A stretch of 64,000 nucleotides of DNA from Candidatus Aenigmatarchaeota archaeon. Lineage in GTDB: Archaea > Aenigmatarchaeota > Aenigmatarchaeia > GW2011-AR5. The notes below the pieces were generated by a model that searched no databases, had not been told where the DNA came from, and saw only the letters and a program-made list of their open reading frames with translations. The position numbers were made by a program, and so were the translations under genes. The DNA lies in the NCBI GenBank assembly GCA_039091535.1, contig JAWCLW010000001.1:81073-145072 (forward strand), read 5' to 3'. Positions 1 through 10,047 of this stretch are shown here, piece by piece (positions within the stretch are counted from its first letter, which is position 1; each line of letters begins with the position of its first letter).

Positions 1-629
1 GGAATTAATTTTTTCTCTGCTCGTCTTAAATTTTCCTGATATGTTTGTCTTTTGACCCCCGATATTTCTGCCAATTTCCCTAGCTTTATTCTTCTTGGAA
101 ATTCGTAATAACCGTGTTTAATGGCGAGTTCTATCGCCTCTTTTTGTTTTGGTGAAAGTTTTGGATAAATATGCGGCAAAAATATGTCTGAGAGTTTTGT
201 TTGTTTTATATAGATTAATTCAACATTAAAAACAGGGATAGTCATAATTTTTATTAAAGTTTCTTTATCCCAACAAGCCAGTTCCCAATCTTCAAAACCA
301 TCTGTTCTTTGAACAACAGGCTTTACTTGAATAATTTTAGGATCAAATACAGGTGAATAATATTGTTTTTCTATTGATTCTTCGTTTAATGTAAAAATAT
401 AGTTTCCTCTTTGTTCAAATTTCCTAATAGATTTTTCTTTTTTTAGGTCTTTAACGAATTTTCTTTTATTCTCTTCTTTGCCCTGAAGGATATGCAACTC
501 TGTATAGTAAAATTTATTTTTTTCTGTCCACGAGTTAATGAGATAAACAAAATCTGTTATTTGATGCTTAACGCATCGAGGTCTAAGTAAACAATTCTTA
601 TGCCAGATTTTGAATTTTGCTACCCACAT
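1..629 (-). CDS. HTH_10 (bacterio-opsin-activator-type) DNA-binding protein; 3' end runs off the window
   Basis: Absent from the ORF track because there is no stop in the window. My translation from the ATG at 629-627 reads MWVAKFKIWHKNCLL...LSPKQKEAIELAIKHGYYEFPRRIKLGKLAEISGVKRQTYQENLRRAEKKLI. The C-terminal part matches the HTH_10 pattern (LtxkQxEalxlAyxxGYyexPRxixlxeLAexlGvsxxTxxexLRrAExKl). Confidence 0.6.
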   Translation of the reverse strand, partial: MWVAKFKIWHKNCLLRPRCVKHQITDFVYLINSWTEKNKFYYTELHILQGKEENKRKFVKDLKKEKSIRKFEQRGNYIFTLNEESIEKQYYSPVFDPKIIQVKPVVQRTDGFEDWELACWDKETLIKIMTIPVFNVELIYIKQTKLSDIFLPHIYPKLSPKQKEAIELAIKHGYYEFPRRIKLGKLAEISGVKRQTYQENLRRAEKKLI

Positions 630-751
630 AAATATGCTTATAAGTTTCGATATTTATAAACCTTTCTATTTTTCCTGCATATGCAGGGTAAAATTAGATA
701 TATAGGTGTGTTTATTATGATATAATAATAAATATTGCAGAGGAAATAAAA

Positions 752-1510
752 ATGAAAAAGACAATTAAGGTTTTTGATGATAAAATAATAAGAGTAGTTA
801 ATAATGATGTAAAGGAATATAACTTTCCTTTTAAAGAGCAAAGGATATTATATATACCAACTATAGATCGCGAAGGATTTTACACTCCTGAACTGGTCAT
901 ACAGTTAAATGGAATCGGTGTAAAAGAAGATTATATTGGAGATAGGTTCTTGGGACAATTAATTCTTAATAACAAAAAAATAAAAGAAATTTTTAACGAA
1001 GTTCTTGAAGAAATTAAACGTGATCCGGTAAGAATGGCAGGTGCTCCGATAAGAGTGACAGCTATTCTAGATGATCTGGCAACAATGACAGAAAGCGCAA
1101 TAAGTGAAGAACTAGGAACATTGGTATATATCATAACAAGAGAGAGTCAAAAGTGCATAGAAAATTATATTACTAATGTATTAATAAACAATGAAAAAGA
1201 GAAATGGGAGTTATATATACGGGAATTTATAAAGGAAAAATTAAAGGAAGAAGAACATGCCCGTCTAAGTTACAGGTCATTTTTAAGAAAAATTGAAATT
1301 AAAGAAGGGGGCATTGAAGAGTTTGTAAAATTAAGTAAAGAATTGATACCAACCGATATGGAGAGATTAATAAAAGACCTCAAAAATGAAGGGGTAGAAA
1401 TTAAATATTACTTTTTCGACGTACCTGGATGGATGCACGACATTTATAGATGGGATAGGTTAGAGTTGAGTAGATTAAACAAGACACAATACCAAGTTAA
1501 AAAACTGTAA
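752..1510 (+). CDS. hypothetical protein (252 aa), no recognisable domain
   Basis: Long ORF with non-degenerate composition, divergent from the HTH_10 gene. I recognise no motif. Confidence 0.5.
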   Translation: MKKTIKVFDDKIIRVVNNDVKEYNFPFKEQRILYIPTIDREGFYTPELVIQLNGIGVKEDYIGDRFLGQLILNNKKIKEIFNEVLEEIKRDPVRMAGAPIRVTAILDDLATMTESAISEELGTLVYIITRESQKCIENYITNVLINNEKEKWELYIREFIKEKLKEEEHARLSYRSFLRKIEIKEGGIEEFVKLSKELIPTDMERLIKDLKNEGVEIKYYFFDVPGWMHDIYRWDRLELSRLNKTQYQVKKL

Positions 1511-1765
1511 AATAAATTCTCGACTATGCAACTGAGAAACCCGTGCAAGCTTTCACTCCGCTCAGGACACATAATAGCTGATAAACGGTCTCACTCCTTG
1601 CAGTCGTTCGCCCAAATTTCCCTTCAGGAAACTTTATGAAATGCTATATGTTAGACGATATAATGTTCGGCTTTTTCAGAAATAAAAAGATATATAATTT
1701 TAATTGAAACTGCTCTAAAGATAAAATAATAAGATTTAAATAATTCTTTAACTTTACCTAAAAAT

Positions 1766-2002
1766 ATGGGAACAGTATTACAAGAAATGGGTCATGATAT
1801 TGTGTTACTTCATTTCATAGACCTTATTCTAAAAACAAAACATAAAGCAACTTTTTATATTATTACGCCAGCAGTTGGCCCCAAAAGGGATATTCATTTC
1901 TGGAATCCAGAACACAATGAATATACTTCTGCTTGGAATGTGGCAAAAGGAGATTTTATTCCAGAGTTTTATTATAGAATAAATTTAGACAAAAGACCTT
2001 GA
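1766..2002 (+). CDS. small hypothetical protein (78 aa)
   Basis: ORF only. It sits in an accessory-looking region, and coding status is uncertain. Confidence 0.3.
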   Translation: MGTVLQEMGHDIVLLHFIDLILKTKHKATFYIITPAVGPKRDIHFWNPEHNEYTSAWNVAKGDFIPEFYYRINLDKRP

Positions 2003-2063
2003 AAGATTAGACAAAGCAAGTAAATACAAAAATCAAAATTGGTATAAAAATTTATCAAAAAAA

Positions 2064-2432
2064 TTGAGTAGAGATTTAAAAGAATTTGTCAATAAAATCT
2101 GCCTTGGCTTGGAAAATAAATTAAAAAGCGACTTGTCAGACATCATTGGTATTGATGAAAATGGCAGAGTTATTTTATTTGCCGAAATAAAATTTGAGGG
2201 TTTTGGAAAAAAAGCGAGGGAAGAAGTTTTAAACGAATTAAAGTTGGCAAACCGTTTAAAGATTCCATACTACCTCGTTATTCCTAAAAAACCTGTTTAT
2301 GGAAGAGAGCTTTCCGATGGTTGGATTAAACGGAATTTACCAGAAGAAATGAAAATTTACAAATTCGCTTTATCATCAAAAGAAATTATCCCTAAACAAA
2401 CAACAATAAAATTTATTGAAATTAAAAGGTAA
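2064..2432 (+). CDS. hypothetical protein with possible PD-(D/E)xK nuclease-like core
   Basis: The segment IGIDENGRVILFAEIKF gives a D...ExK spacing typical of restriction-endonuclease-fold proteins. The start would have to be TTG, since there is no early ATG. The call is weak. Confidence 0.3.
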   Translation: MSRDLKEFVNKICLGLENKLKSDLSDIIGIDENGRVILFAEIKFEGFGKKAREEVLNELKLANRLKIPYYLVIPKKPVYGRELSDGWIKRNLPEEMKIYKFALSSKEIIPKQTTIKFIEIKR

Positions 2433-2437
2433 ATAAT

Positions 2438-3211
2438 ATGGCGGAAAAAATCTTAAAAATAAATACTGATGGCAAATTATTACTCAAAGGCAAAATTGCT
2501 TTAGTAAATGGAGCTAGTGCCGGTATTGGTAGAGTAATAACGCAAACTTTATTAGAAAATGGAATTTATGTAGTTGCAACTTATCATCAAAGAAAAGAAG
2601 TTATTGATTCTTTAATTAAGAAATATGGCAAAAAAATTATTGCCTTTCAAATAGATTTTCTTTCTGATAATTATGAAAAGAAAATTGAAAAAATTGTTAA
2701 AGAAGCAAAAAATTGGCGAAAGAAAATAGATATTTTAATTAATGTTTCTGGTGTCTGGTTAGTAAAGCCATTTTTATACGAAGATGATAAAGATAGAAAA
2801 TGGTTATGGAGAATAAATTATGAAGCCCCTTACACTTTCATACAAAAAATCATCCCCCATATGATTGGGAACGGTGGTCAAATTATAAACATTGCTTCAA
2901 CTGCTGGCGTAAAAGGAACTGGCCAACAAGCAACTTATTGCGCTTCAAAAGCAGCACTAATTAACCTGACACAAAGTTTAGCAGAAGAATTTGCTGCGTT
3001 GAATATAAAGGTAAACTCTATATCGCCAGGCCCAACCGAAACTTCCGCACTTGATAAATATATAGATGAAAAAGCTAAATCTTTATTGGTTAAAAACATA
3101 CCAATAAGTAAACTGTGTAAACCAATAGATGTAGCTAATACAGTTTTGGCTATTTTAATAAATGATTACATGACGGGGGCAAATATTTTAATTCACGGCG
3201 GACGAATTTAA
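2438..3211 (+). CDS. short-chain dehydrogenase/reductase (FabG-like SDR)
   Basis: Cofactor motif VNGASAGIGR and the catalytic NIASTAG...YCASKAAL (S...YxxxK) motif are present. The length is typical for an SDR. Confidence 0.9.
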   Translation: MAEKILKINTDGKLLLKGKIALVNGASAGIGRVITQTLLENGIYVVATYHQRKEVIDSLIKKYGKKIIAFQIDFLSDNYEKKIEKIVKEAKNWRKKIDILINVSGVWLVKPFLYEDDKDRKWLWRINYEAPYTFIQKIIPHMIGNGGQIINIASTAGVKGTGQQATYCASKAALINLTQSLAEEFAALNIKVNSISPGPTETSALDKYIDEKAKSLLVKNIPISKLCKPIDVANTVLAILINDYMTGANILIHGGRI

Positions 3212-3247
3212 TTTGAAAGAGCTAATATAAAGAGATTAAGACTAACT

Positions 3248-3710
3248 CTATACCAAAGGGTGAAATTTTTTTCTTTCATCAATTTTTAGTTGCATTCTGT
3301 ATTCCTTTTTTTCAAACCCTAATCTTTTGTAGGTTTTAAACGCGACATTGTTTTTTACATTTACCATAACTTCAACAATACTACAATTCTTATCTTTAAA
3401 GAACTCCAACAATTTTTTTATTAGTTGTGTTACTATTCCTTTTCGCCTATAACGAGCTGAAACAATCGATTCTTGTATCTTTACCAATTTTATATTTATT
3501 CAATCGTTCAATATATCTCCAGATATAACTGATAATCTTATTGTTATTTTCAGCGACAAGAATCAAATTTTTCGAATCTTTTATTGCTGCAAGCTGAGAA
3601 TTCAATTTGATCTTCCACCATTTCTTAGAAACTTAATAAAAATTTCTATCAAATTTTCTATGATACGCTGTAGATTCTTTATCCAATTTTTGTATAATTT
3701 TAAATATCAT
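3248..3710 (-). pseudogene. GNAT acetyltransferase, disrupted (internal stop plus frameshift)
   Basis: The track ORF 3248..3487 encodes only the GNAT motif A/B half (RYRRKGIVTQLIKKLL...AFKTYKRLGFE). Upstream on the same strand I read MIFKIIQKLDKESTAYHRKFDRNFY*, then ...NLILVAENNNKIISYIWRY... in another frame. This is the missing N-terminal half, broken. Confidence 0.5.
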
Positions 3711-4067
3711 TACTAACAGCTCTGCGTATAAACATAATATTCATTGTAGATTTTCGTCTATTCTACATATTTTAATGAGCAGTTAGGATTTAGCCCTAAA
3801 TAATAATAGTTTTGTAATTCTTTGTTTTGTTCTTGGTGCATAACAGAGTTTTATAACTCAATACTTTAAATATCTAAGAGATGAAAAATCGTTTCTGTAA
3901 TATTTGAGCTAAATCGAAACTATCTGTGGCGAAAGTACCCTCGCAACCCATTTTTACTACCCTCATCCTGTTTTTCAAGTGGTTACAAATCAGAATTTGT
4001 TGAAAAAGATGTTAAAATGCATTCTGCTTGCAACAGAGAAAAATATAGATAAAAGTGTAAAAATTAT

Positions 4068-5102
4068 TTAAAGATGAAATAATTTAGATATAGAACCACC
4101 TGTTTGTATTTCATATATTGCATCTGAAATAATTGGCGCAACTGTCAAAACATTTAACCAATCTTTATTTTTTTCTATGTATTCTTTGTTTTTTGGTATT
4201 GTATCTGTTGTTATAACTTTTATACCATTTTTAGGAAATTCTTCTTCTGGATAATATAAAATTACATCGGTTTTCTTATCCTTTTTAGGACTAAAAACTG
4301 GGTGAGTAGCACATGTATATATATTTCTTGCTTTAGCCTCCTTAAGTTTTTTTGCTTCCTCAAGTATAGTCCCACCAGTATCGATCAAATCATCTAAAAT
4401 AATAACATCCCTATTTTCGACATGCTCCTTACCCATTATATAAATATCTTCAATTGATCCTGCTTCAGATCTTGTCTTGCTTATAACAACTAATCTAGAT
4501 CCCGGAAGATCTTTAGAAAACATTTTTGCTCTTTTAACACCGCCTGCATCTGGTGATACAATAGTAAAATTACCATCAATATTTCTGAAATAATCTAAAA
4601 ATAATGAATATGCTGTAAGGTTATCTATAGGATAACCAACAAATCCTTGTATCTGTCCAGCATGCATATCGAAAGTTACTACACGCATAGGTATAATACT
4701 ATCATATCCCCTTAACATCTGCATTGTTCTTCTTGCATTTAATGCTACCCCTGGCCTATCCATTCTATCCTGTCGTTGGAAAGGAATATATGGAAGTATG
4801 TAAGTTATTTCATTAACAGAAGAATTTCTTATCGCATCATCTATAAAATAAAGTTTCATAAATCCAATATTTGGATCATACTCATTTTTGTAGTCATAAA
4901 AATGATGAAAAATATAAACATCGCGCTTTCTTATATTATCCTTTATTTGAACATCGATCGATTTATCATTATGATATGTTATATTGATACGACCAAATGA
5001 AACTTCCCCATATTTTTCTGAAAAAAGTTTGTGAACTAATTTTACAAAATCCTCATTCTCGTTTGTACATAGAAATATCATATCCCTTAAATCACGGGAC
5101 AT
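4068..5102 (-). CDS. prs: ribose-phosphate pyrophosphokinase (PRPP synthetase)
   Basis: Contains YIPFQRQDR, DMHAGQIQGF, PIDNL, SPDAGGVKRA and the PRPP-binding loop ILDDLIDTGGT. Confidence 0.9.
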   Translation of the reverse strand: MSRDLRDMIFLCTNENEDFVKLVHKLFSEKYGEVSFGRINITYHNDKSIDVQIKDNIRKRDVYIFHHFYDYKNEYDPNIGFMKLYFIDDAIRNSSVNEITYILPYIPFQRQDRMDRPGVALNARRTMQMLRGYDSIIPMRVVTFDMHAGQIQGFVGYPIDNLTAYSLFLDYFRNIDGNFTIVSPDAGGVKRAKMFSKDLPGSRLVVISKTRSEAGSIEDIYIMGKEHVENRDVIILDDLIDTGGTILEEAKKLKEAKARNIYTCATHPVFSPKKDKKTDVILYYPEEEFPKNGIKVITTDTIPKNKEYIEKNKDWLNVLTVAPIISDAIYEIQTGGSISKLFHL

Positions 5103-5210
5103 AATTTTTTATAATTATGAAAATCTTTTTAAATCTAAATATCTTTTGTACTTCTTTTACATCACAAATAAATCACAACCTATAAATATTAGATAAAATA
5201 AAAAAAGATT

Positions 5211-7451
5211 ATGAAAAAGAAAAAAAATATTTTATTTTTTAATCGAATAAGAAAAAAGGATGTTTCTTTAGTTGGTGGTAAGAATGCTTCATTAGGCGAA
5301 TTAATGTCTATAAAGATGCCTGTACCTAATGGCTTTGCTATAACTGCGGATGCATATAGATATTTTATCAAAAAAAATGAATTGGACGAAAAAATAAAGT
5401 CAATACTTAAAAGAACAAACATAAAAAATATCAAACAACTAAAAAAATCTGGAAATGAAATTCGTAAACTCATTAAAAATGCAGAATTTCCAGATGATTT
5501 AAAAAACGATATTCTGAGTGCATTCAATGATCTTGGTGAAAAATATGTTGCTGTTCGAAGCAGTGCAACTGCAGAAGATTTACCATCAGCTAGTTTTGCG
5601 GGTCAGCAAGAGAGTTTTCTTAATATTGATAAAAATAATTTATTGAAAAGAATTAAAGATTGTTTTGCATCCCTGTTTACAGACAGGGCAATTTCATATC
5701 GTGAGGATAAAGGTTTTGATCATTTCAAGGTTTATTTATCTGTTGCTGTTCAGAAGCAAATATTTTCAAAATCAAGTGGTGTTATGTTTACAATTGATCC
5801 AGATAGTGGACACGAAAATTTCATTGTAATAAACTCCGGATTTGGTTTAGGTGATTACATTGTTCAAGGAAAAATAACACCAGATGAATTTTGGATATTC
5901 AAGAAAAATTGTAAATTAATAGGAAAAAAACTTGGAAGGAAAAAAATTATGGAAATCCGATCAATATTTGGTGTAAAGAAAAAGAAATTATCAAAAACGA
6001 TGCAAAATCAATTCTCATTAAGTGATAGTGAAGCAGAATTACTTGCAAAGTATGGTAAAAGAATTGAAAAGCATTATAAAACACCAATGGACATAGAATG
6101 GGCAAAAGATTATGATGACAAAATTTATATAATACAAGCACGTCCAGAGACTGTACACTCAACAAAAAATAGAAATATTTTCAAAGAGTACAAACTTGAA
6201 GAAAAAAGTATCATTCTTGCAAGAGGTCTTGCTATTGGAAGAAAAATAGCAGCAGGAAATGTAAATATAATAAAGAATGTTAAATACATTAATAAATTCC
6301 GTGAAGGACAGATACTTGTTACACAAAAGACAGATCCTGATTGGGAACCTATAATGAAGATAGCTGCTGGAATTATTACAGAAGAAGGCGGACGAACAGC
6401 CCATGCTGCTATTGTTTCAAGAGAATTAGGAATACCGGCAATTGTTGGTGTGGCAAATGCAACAAAGATTTTGAAAAACAATATGCCTATTACAATTGAT
6501 TGTACAAAGGAAACAGGAGTCATATGGAAAGGTAAAATGAAATATAAAGAGAAAATACATGATATTAAAAAAATTCCAAAGACAAAAACAAAAATATATG
6601 TTAATATAAGTGAACCAGATCAGGCAATCGATGCATCACTATTACCAATTGATGGTGTTGGACTTGCACGCGAAGAATTTATAATATCATCATCTATTGG
6701 AACTCATCCATTAGAGTTGATAAAATTAAAAAAGGAAAATGAATTCATAGAAAAGCTTGCATATGGAATAGCAAAAATATCAGCTGCGCTATATCCAAGA
6801 CCTGTCATTGTCCGCACAAGTGACTTCAAGACAAACGAATATAAAAATCTCAAAGGTGGTGAGAAATACGAACCACATGAAGATAATCCAATGATAGGAT
6901 GGCGTGGTGCTTCAAGATATATATCAAAAAATTATGAAGAGGCATTCCGACTTGAATGTAAAGCAATAAAAAAAGTTATAGATGATTTTGGTTTAAATAA
7001 TATTAAAGTTATGATACCATTCTGCAGAACAATCGATGAAGCAAAAAAAGTATTAAAAATAATTAAGAGTGAAAAATTAAATACAGAAATTGGTGTTATG
7101 GCTGAAATTCCATCAAATATTATTCTTGCAAAGGAATTTTCAAAATATTTTAAATTCTTTTCAATAGGAAGTAATGATCTGACACAATTAGTATTGGGTA
7201 TAGATAGGGATAACGAATCTCTTGCAAAGGAATTTAATGAAAAAAATGATGCTGTAAAAAGATTTATTTCACAATTGATTAAAACCGCTCATAAATATAA
7301 AAGAGATGTTGGTATATGCGGAGAAGCGCCTTCTGATTTTCCTGAATTTGTAGAATTTCTTGTAAGAGAAAAAATAGACTCAATAAGTGTAAATCCAGAT
7401 GTTGTCATACCTACACGATTATTAGTTTCAAAAATAGAAAGATTAGGATGA
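5211..7451 (+). CDS. ppsA: phosphoenolpyruvate synthase (pyruvate, water dikinase)
   Basis: N-terminal VGGKNASLGEL ATP-grasp, phosphohistidine swivel GGRTAHAAIVSRELGIPAIVG, and C-terminal PEP-utilising barrel (GSNDLTQL, CGE). Confidence 0.95.
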   Translation: MKKKKNILFFNRIRKKDVSLVGGKNASLGELMSIKMPVPNGFAITADAYRYFIKKNELDEKIKSILKRTNIKNIKQLKKSGNEIRKLIKNAEFPDDLKNDILSAFNDLGEKYVAVRSSATAEDLPSASFAGQQESFLNIDKNNLLKRIKDCFASLFTDRAISYREDKGFDHFKVYLSVAVQKQIFSKSSGVMFTIDPDSGHENFIVINSGFGLGDYIVQGKITPDEFWIFKKNCKLIGKKLGRKKIMEIRSIFGVKKKKLSKTMQNQFSLSDSEAELLAKYGKRIEKHYKTPMDIEWAKDYDDKIYIIQARPETVHSTKNRNIFKEYKLEEKSIILARGLAIGRKIAAGNVNIIKNVKYINKFREGQILVTQKTDPDWEPIMKIAAGIITEEGGRTAHAAIVSRELGIPAIVGVANATKILKNNMPITIDCTKETGVIWKGKMKYKEKIHDIKKIPKTKTKIYVNISEPDQAIDASLLPIDGVGLAREEFIISSSIGTHPLELIKLKKENEFIEKLAYGIAKISAALYPRPVIVRTSDFKTNEYKNLKGGEKYEPHEDNPMIGWRGASRYISKNYEEAFRLECKAIKKVIDDFGLNNIKVMIPFCRTIDEAKKVLKIIKSEKLNTEIGVMAEIPSNIILAKEFSKYFKFFSIGSNDLTQLVLGIDRDNESLAKEFNEKNDAVKRFISQLIKTAHKYKRDVGICGEAPSDFPEFVEFLVREKIDSISVNPDVVIPTRLLVSKIERLG

Positions 7452-7542
7452 AGTTATATATTCTATCAAATTTTGATCCATATATAAAGATTAGATTAAA
7501 ATAATAAAAACTAAAAATTAACCATATTTTTTTCAATATATT

Positions 7543-7716
7543 TTATAAATCACCAGCTCTTACTGTTTTTCTGTCATTACTCTTCGCGCGAGCTATTGCC
7601 TTTTTAACAAGTGATTCTATTTCCTTATCTAATGCATCAGGAAAATCACTTGCACAATTCATGTCCTCATTTTTTATAAGGTCCTTAAGTTTTGAAACAA
7701 CTACAAGTCCTGCCAT
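7543..7716 (-). CDS. small histone-fold-like protein (DUF1931-like)
   Basis: MAGLVVVSKLKDLIK...KKAIARAKSNDRKTVRAGDL resembles the histone-fold/DUF1931 pattern. I chose the start at 7716 because GAGGTGA lies 5 nt upstream. The family assignment is from memory. Confidence 0.45.
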   Translation of the reverse strand: MAGLVVVSKLKDLIKNEDMNCASDFPDALDKEIESLVKKAIARAKSNDRKTVRAGDL

Positions 7717-7839
7717 CCTTTTCACCTCTTTTTTTAAATTTTTTATCAAACGAGTATTTAAAATTAATTTATTAGTGGTAGTTTTTAATACTTAAACAAA
7801 CTTAATTTTGAGAAGGTTAAAATATGATTGGTGTTTTTT

Positions 7840-9597
7840 ATGCTTCGCCAACCTATAATAGTTGTATTAGGACATATAGACCATGGAAAAACAACTTTGT
7901 TAGACAAGATTAGGCAAACTGCTATTGCAACAAAAGAGGCAGGCGGCATAACACAAGCAATTGGCACAACAGAAATACCTATTAATATTATAAAAAAATT
8001 ATGTAGTTATCTTATTAAAAAATTTAATTTTGAAATAACTATTCCTGGTTTATTGTTTATCGACACACCAGGTCATGAGGCGTTTACAACACTGCGAAAG
8101 CGTGGTGGTTCAATTGCTGATATAGCAATTCTTGTTATAGATATAAATGAAGGTATAATGCCACAAACAAAAGAGTGTTTAGATATTTTAAAATTCTCAA
8201 AAACACCTTTTGTTATTGCTGTAAATAAAATCGACAAAATTCATGGATGGGTTTCACATGAAGATTTATGCTTCATTGAAGATTTTCCACAGCAGTCAGA
8301 AAGTGCAAAATCGATACTTGAAGAAAAATTTTATAAAATAATTCAGGAAATTTCAAAATTAGGTTTTAATGCAGAAAGATTTGACAGAATTTCAGATTTT
8401 AGAAAAACAATTGCTGCTGTTCCTATATCTGCAAAAACTGGTGAGGGTATATCAGATTTGCTTGTTATTCTTACAGGTCTTGCACAACAATTTTTGAAAG
8501 ATCAATTAATTACAACAGAAAAATCAGAGGGTATGATTCTCGAAGTAAAAGAATCTATAGGTTTAGGAACAACAATTGATGCAATAATATACGATGGTAG
8601 CATTAGTAAGAATGATTTTCTTGTAATAGGTGGAAAAACACCGATGATAACAAAGATAAAGGCTCTTTTTGTTCCAGAGCCTCTACGCGATATGAGAACA
8701 GAAAAGAAATTCAAAAGCGTTGAGTCTGTGAATGCTGCATGTGGTGTAAAAATTGCCGCACCAGGACTTGATGGGGTTGTTGCAGGATCACCAATAAGAA
8801 CAACAAAAACAATGGAACATGCAAAAAAACTTCTAGAAGAACTAGAGAAAGAAAGAGAGGAAGTAGAGATTTCAACAGATAACGAAGGTTTGATCTTAAA
8901 AGCTGATACAACAGGTAGCATTGAGGCATTAATCCACATATTCGGCAAATATCCAATCAAAGAGGCAAAGATTGGACAAATAACAAAAACAGATGTAATA
9001 AAAATAGAATCGAATGTTGATCCATTTCTAAAAGTTATTGTAGGTTTTAATGTTATGCCAACAGAAGAGGCAGAATTACTTGCAAAAAACAAAGGTGTGA
9101 AGATTCTACATTCTAATGTAATATATCATCTAATCGAAGATTATGAAAAGTGGGTTGAAGATGAAAAGGAAAATATAAAAAGAAGAGAGATAGAAAGTTT
9201 GACAAGACCTGGAAAAATAAAAATCCTACCTGGGTGTATATTTCGTGCAAGTAATCCAGCCATAATAGGTTGTGAAGTATTTGGTGTTATAAAACCAGGT
9301 TATACTTTATTCAAATATGATAATGAATTCAAAATTATTGGAACAATAAAACAAATACAATCCCAAGGTCAGAATATTGACATGGCAAAAACAGGCGATA
9401 AAGTCGCGGTTTCTATTCCAGAAACAACAGTAGGAAGACAAGTTTTTGAAAATGATATTTTATATACAAATGTAGAAAGTGATGAATATATAAAACTGAA
9501 GAAAAATGAAAATTTAATTTCAAGTAGCGAAAAAGAGGTTTTAAATGAGATTTTTGAAATAAAAAAGATTGTTGATCCAAGATATGGGCTAAAATAG
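7840..9597 (+). CDS. infB: translation initiation factor aIF5B
   Basis: RQPIIVVLGHIDHGKTTLLDKIR (G1), DTPGHEAF (G3) and NKID (G4), with four-domain length. The ATG at 7840 is preceded by GGTG. Confidence 0.95.
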   Translation: MLRQPIIVVLGHIDHGKTTLLDKIRQTAIATKEAGGITQAIGTTEIPINIIKKLCSYLIKKFNFEITIPGLLFIDTPGHEAFTTLRKRGGSIADIAILVIDINEGIMPQTKECLDILKFSKTPFVIAVNKIDKIHGWVSHEDLCFIEDFPQQSESAKSILEEKFYKIIQEISKLGFNAERFDRISDFRKTIAAVPISAKTGEGISDLLVILTGLAQQFLKDQLITTEKSEGMILEVKESIGLGTTIDAIIYDGSISKNDFLVIGGKTPMITKIKALFVPEPLRDMRTEKKFKSVESVNAACGVKIAAPGLDGVVAGSPIRTTKTMEHAKKLLEELEKEREEVEISTDNEGLILKADTTGSIEALIHIFGKYPIKEAKIGQITKTDVIKIESNVDPFLKVIVGFNVMPTEEAELLAKNKGVKILHSNVIYHLIEDYEKWVEDEKENIKRREIESLTRPGKIKILPGCIFRASNPAIIGCEVFGVIKPGYTLFKYDNEFKIIGTIKQIQSQGQNIDMAKTGDKVAVSIPETTVGRQVFENDILYTNVESDEYIKLKKNENLISSSEKEVLNEIFEIKKIVDPRYGLK

Positions 9598-9632
9598 AAA
9601 TTTTTTTATTTAATGAAAATAAAAATATAAAA

Positions 9633-10016
9633 ATGAAAAAAGATTATAAAATACAAAAAATTATTAGAGAATTTACATATTGCTTCTATTCTTACAATAT
9701 TACTGATTTAGATAAAATACCGGATGAAAAAAATCTAAAACTACTTACAAAAATAGCTAAAATCGGTAATTGTGAACCTATACAAGATAGTTTTTCTATA
9801 TCAAGATATCCAGAACAAGGAACATCATTATATATTGCCATTAAAGAATCGTCTATCTCGATGCATACATGGCCAGAATATAATTATGGAATACTTAAAT
9901 TTGAGAGTTGTAGTGATAAAACAGATTTTGATAAAATCAAAAAATTTATGAGACGAGTCTTCAAACCATATAAAGATGAAATATATTATCAAAATTTTAT
10001 AATTTCATCTTTATAA
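9633..10016 (+). CDS. speH: S-adenosylmethionine decarboxylase proenzyme (SpeH type)
   Basis: IAIKESSISMHTWPEYNYG matches the ES self-cleavage site plus the HTWPE motif of pyruvoyl AdoMetDC. The size is about 125 aa. Confidence 0.7.
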   Translation: MKKDYKIQKIIREFTYCFYSYNITDLDKIPDEKNLKLLTKIAKIGNCEPIQDSFSISRYPEQGTSLYIAIKESSISMHTWPEYNYGILKFESCSDKTDFDKIKKFMRRVFKPYKDEIYYQNFIISSL

Positions 10017-10047
10017 AATTTTTCATTCTTAATTTATTTGTGGTTTT

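Noticed and set aside
638-841. 67-aa minus-strand ORF in the divergent promoter region
   Set aside because: It is extremely AT-rich with Ile/Tyr/Asn-rich translation, and it overlaps the start of the 752..1510 gene. It is likely non-coding.
6125-6523. Minus-strand ORFs (6125..6523, 6159..6404, 5947..6165, 5189..5527) over ppsA
   Set aside because: They are antisense shadows of the PEP synthase gene and have no motifs.
8502-9092. 196-aa minus-strand ORF (also 8711..8956) inside infB
   Set aside because: It is antisense to a confidently identified aIF5B gene. Its low-complexity Ser/Phe/Ile-rich translation is typical of shadow ORFs in AT-rich DNA.
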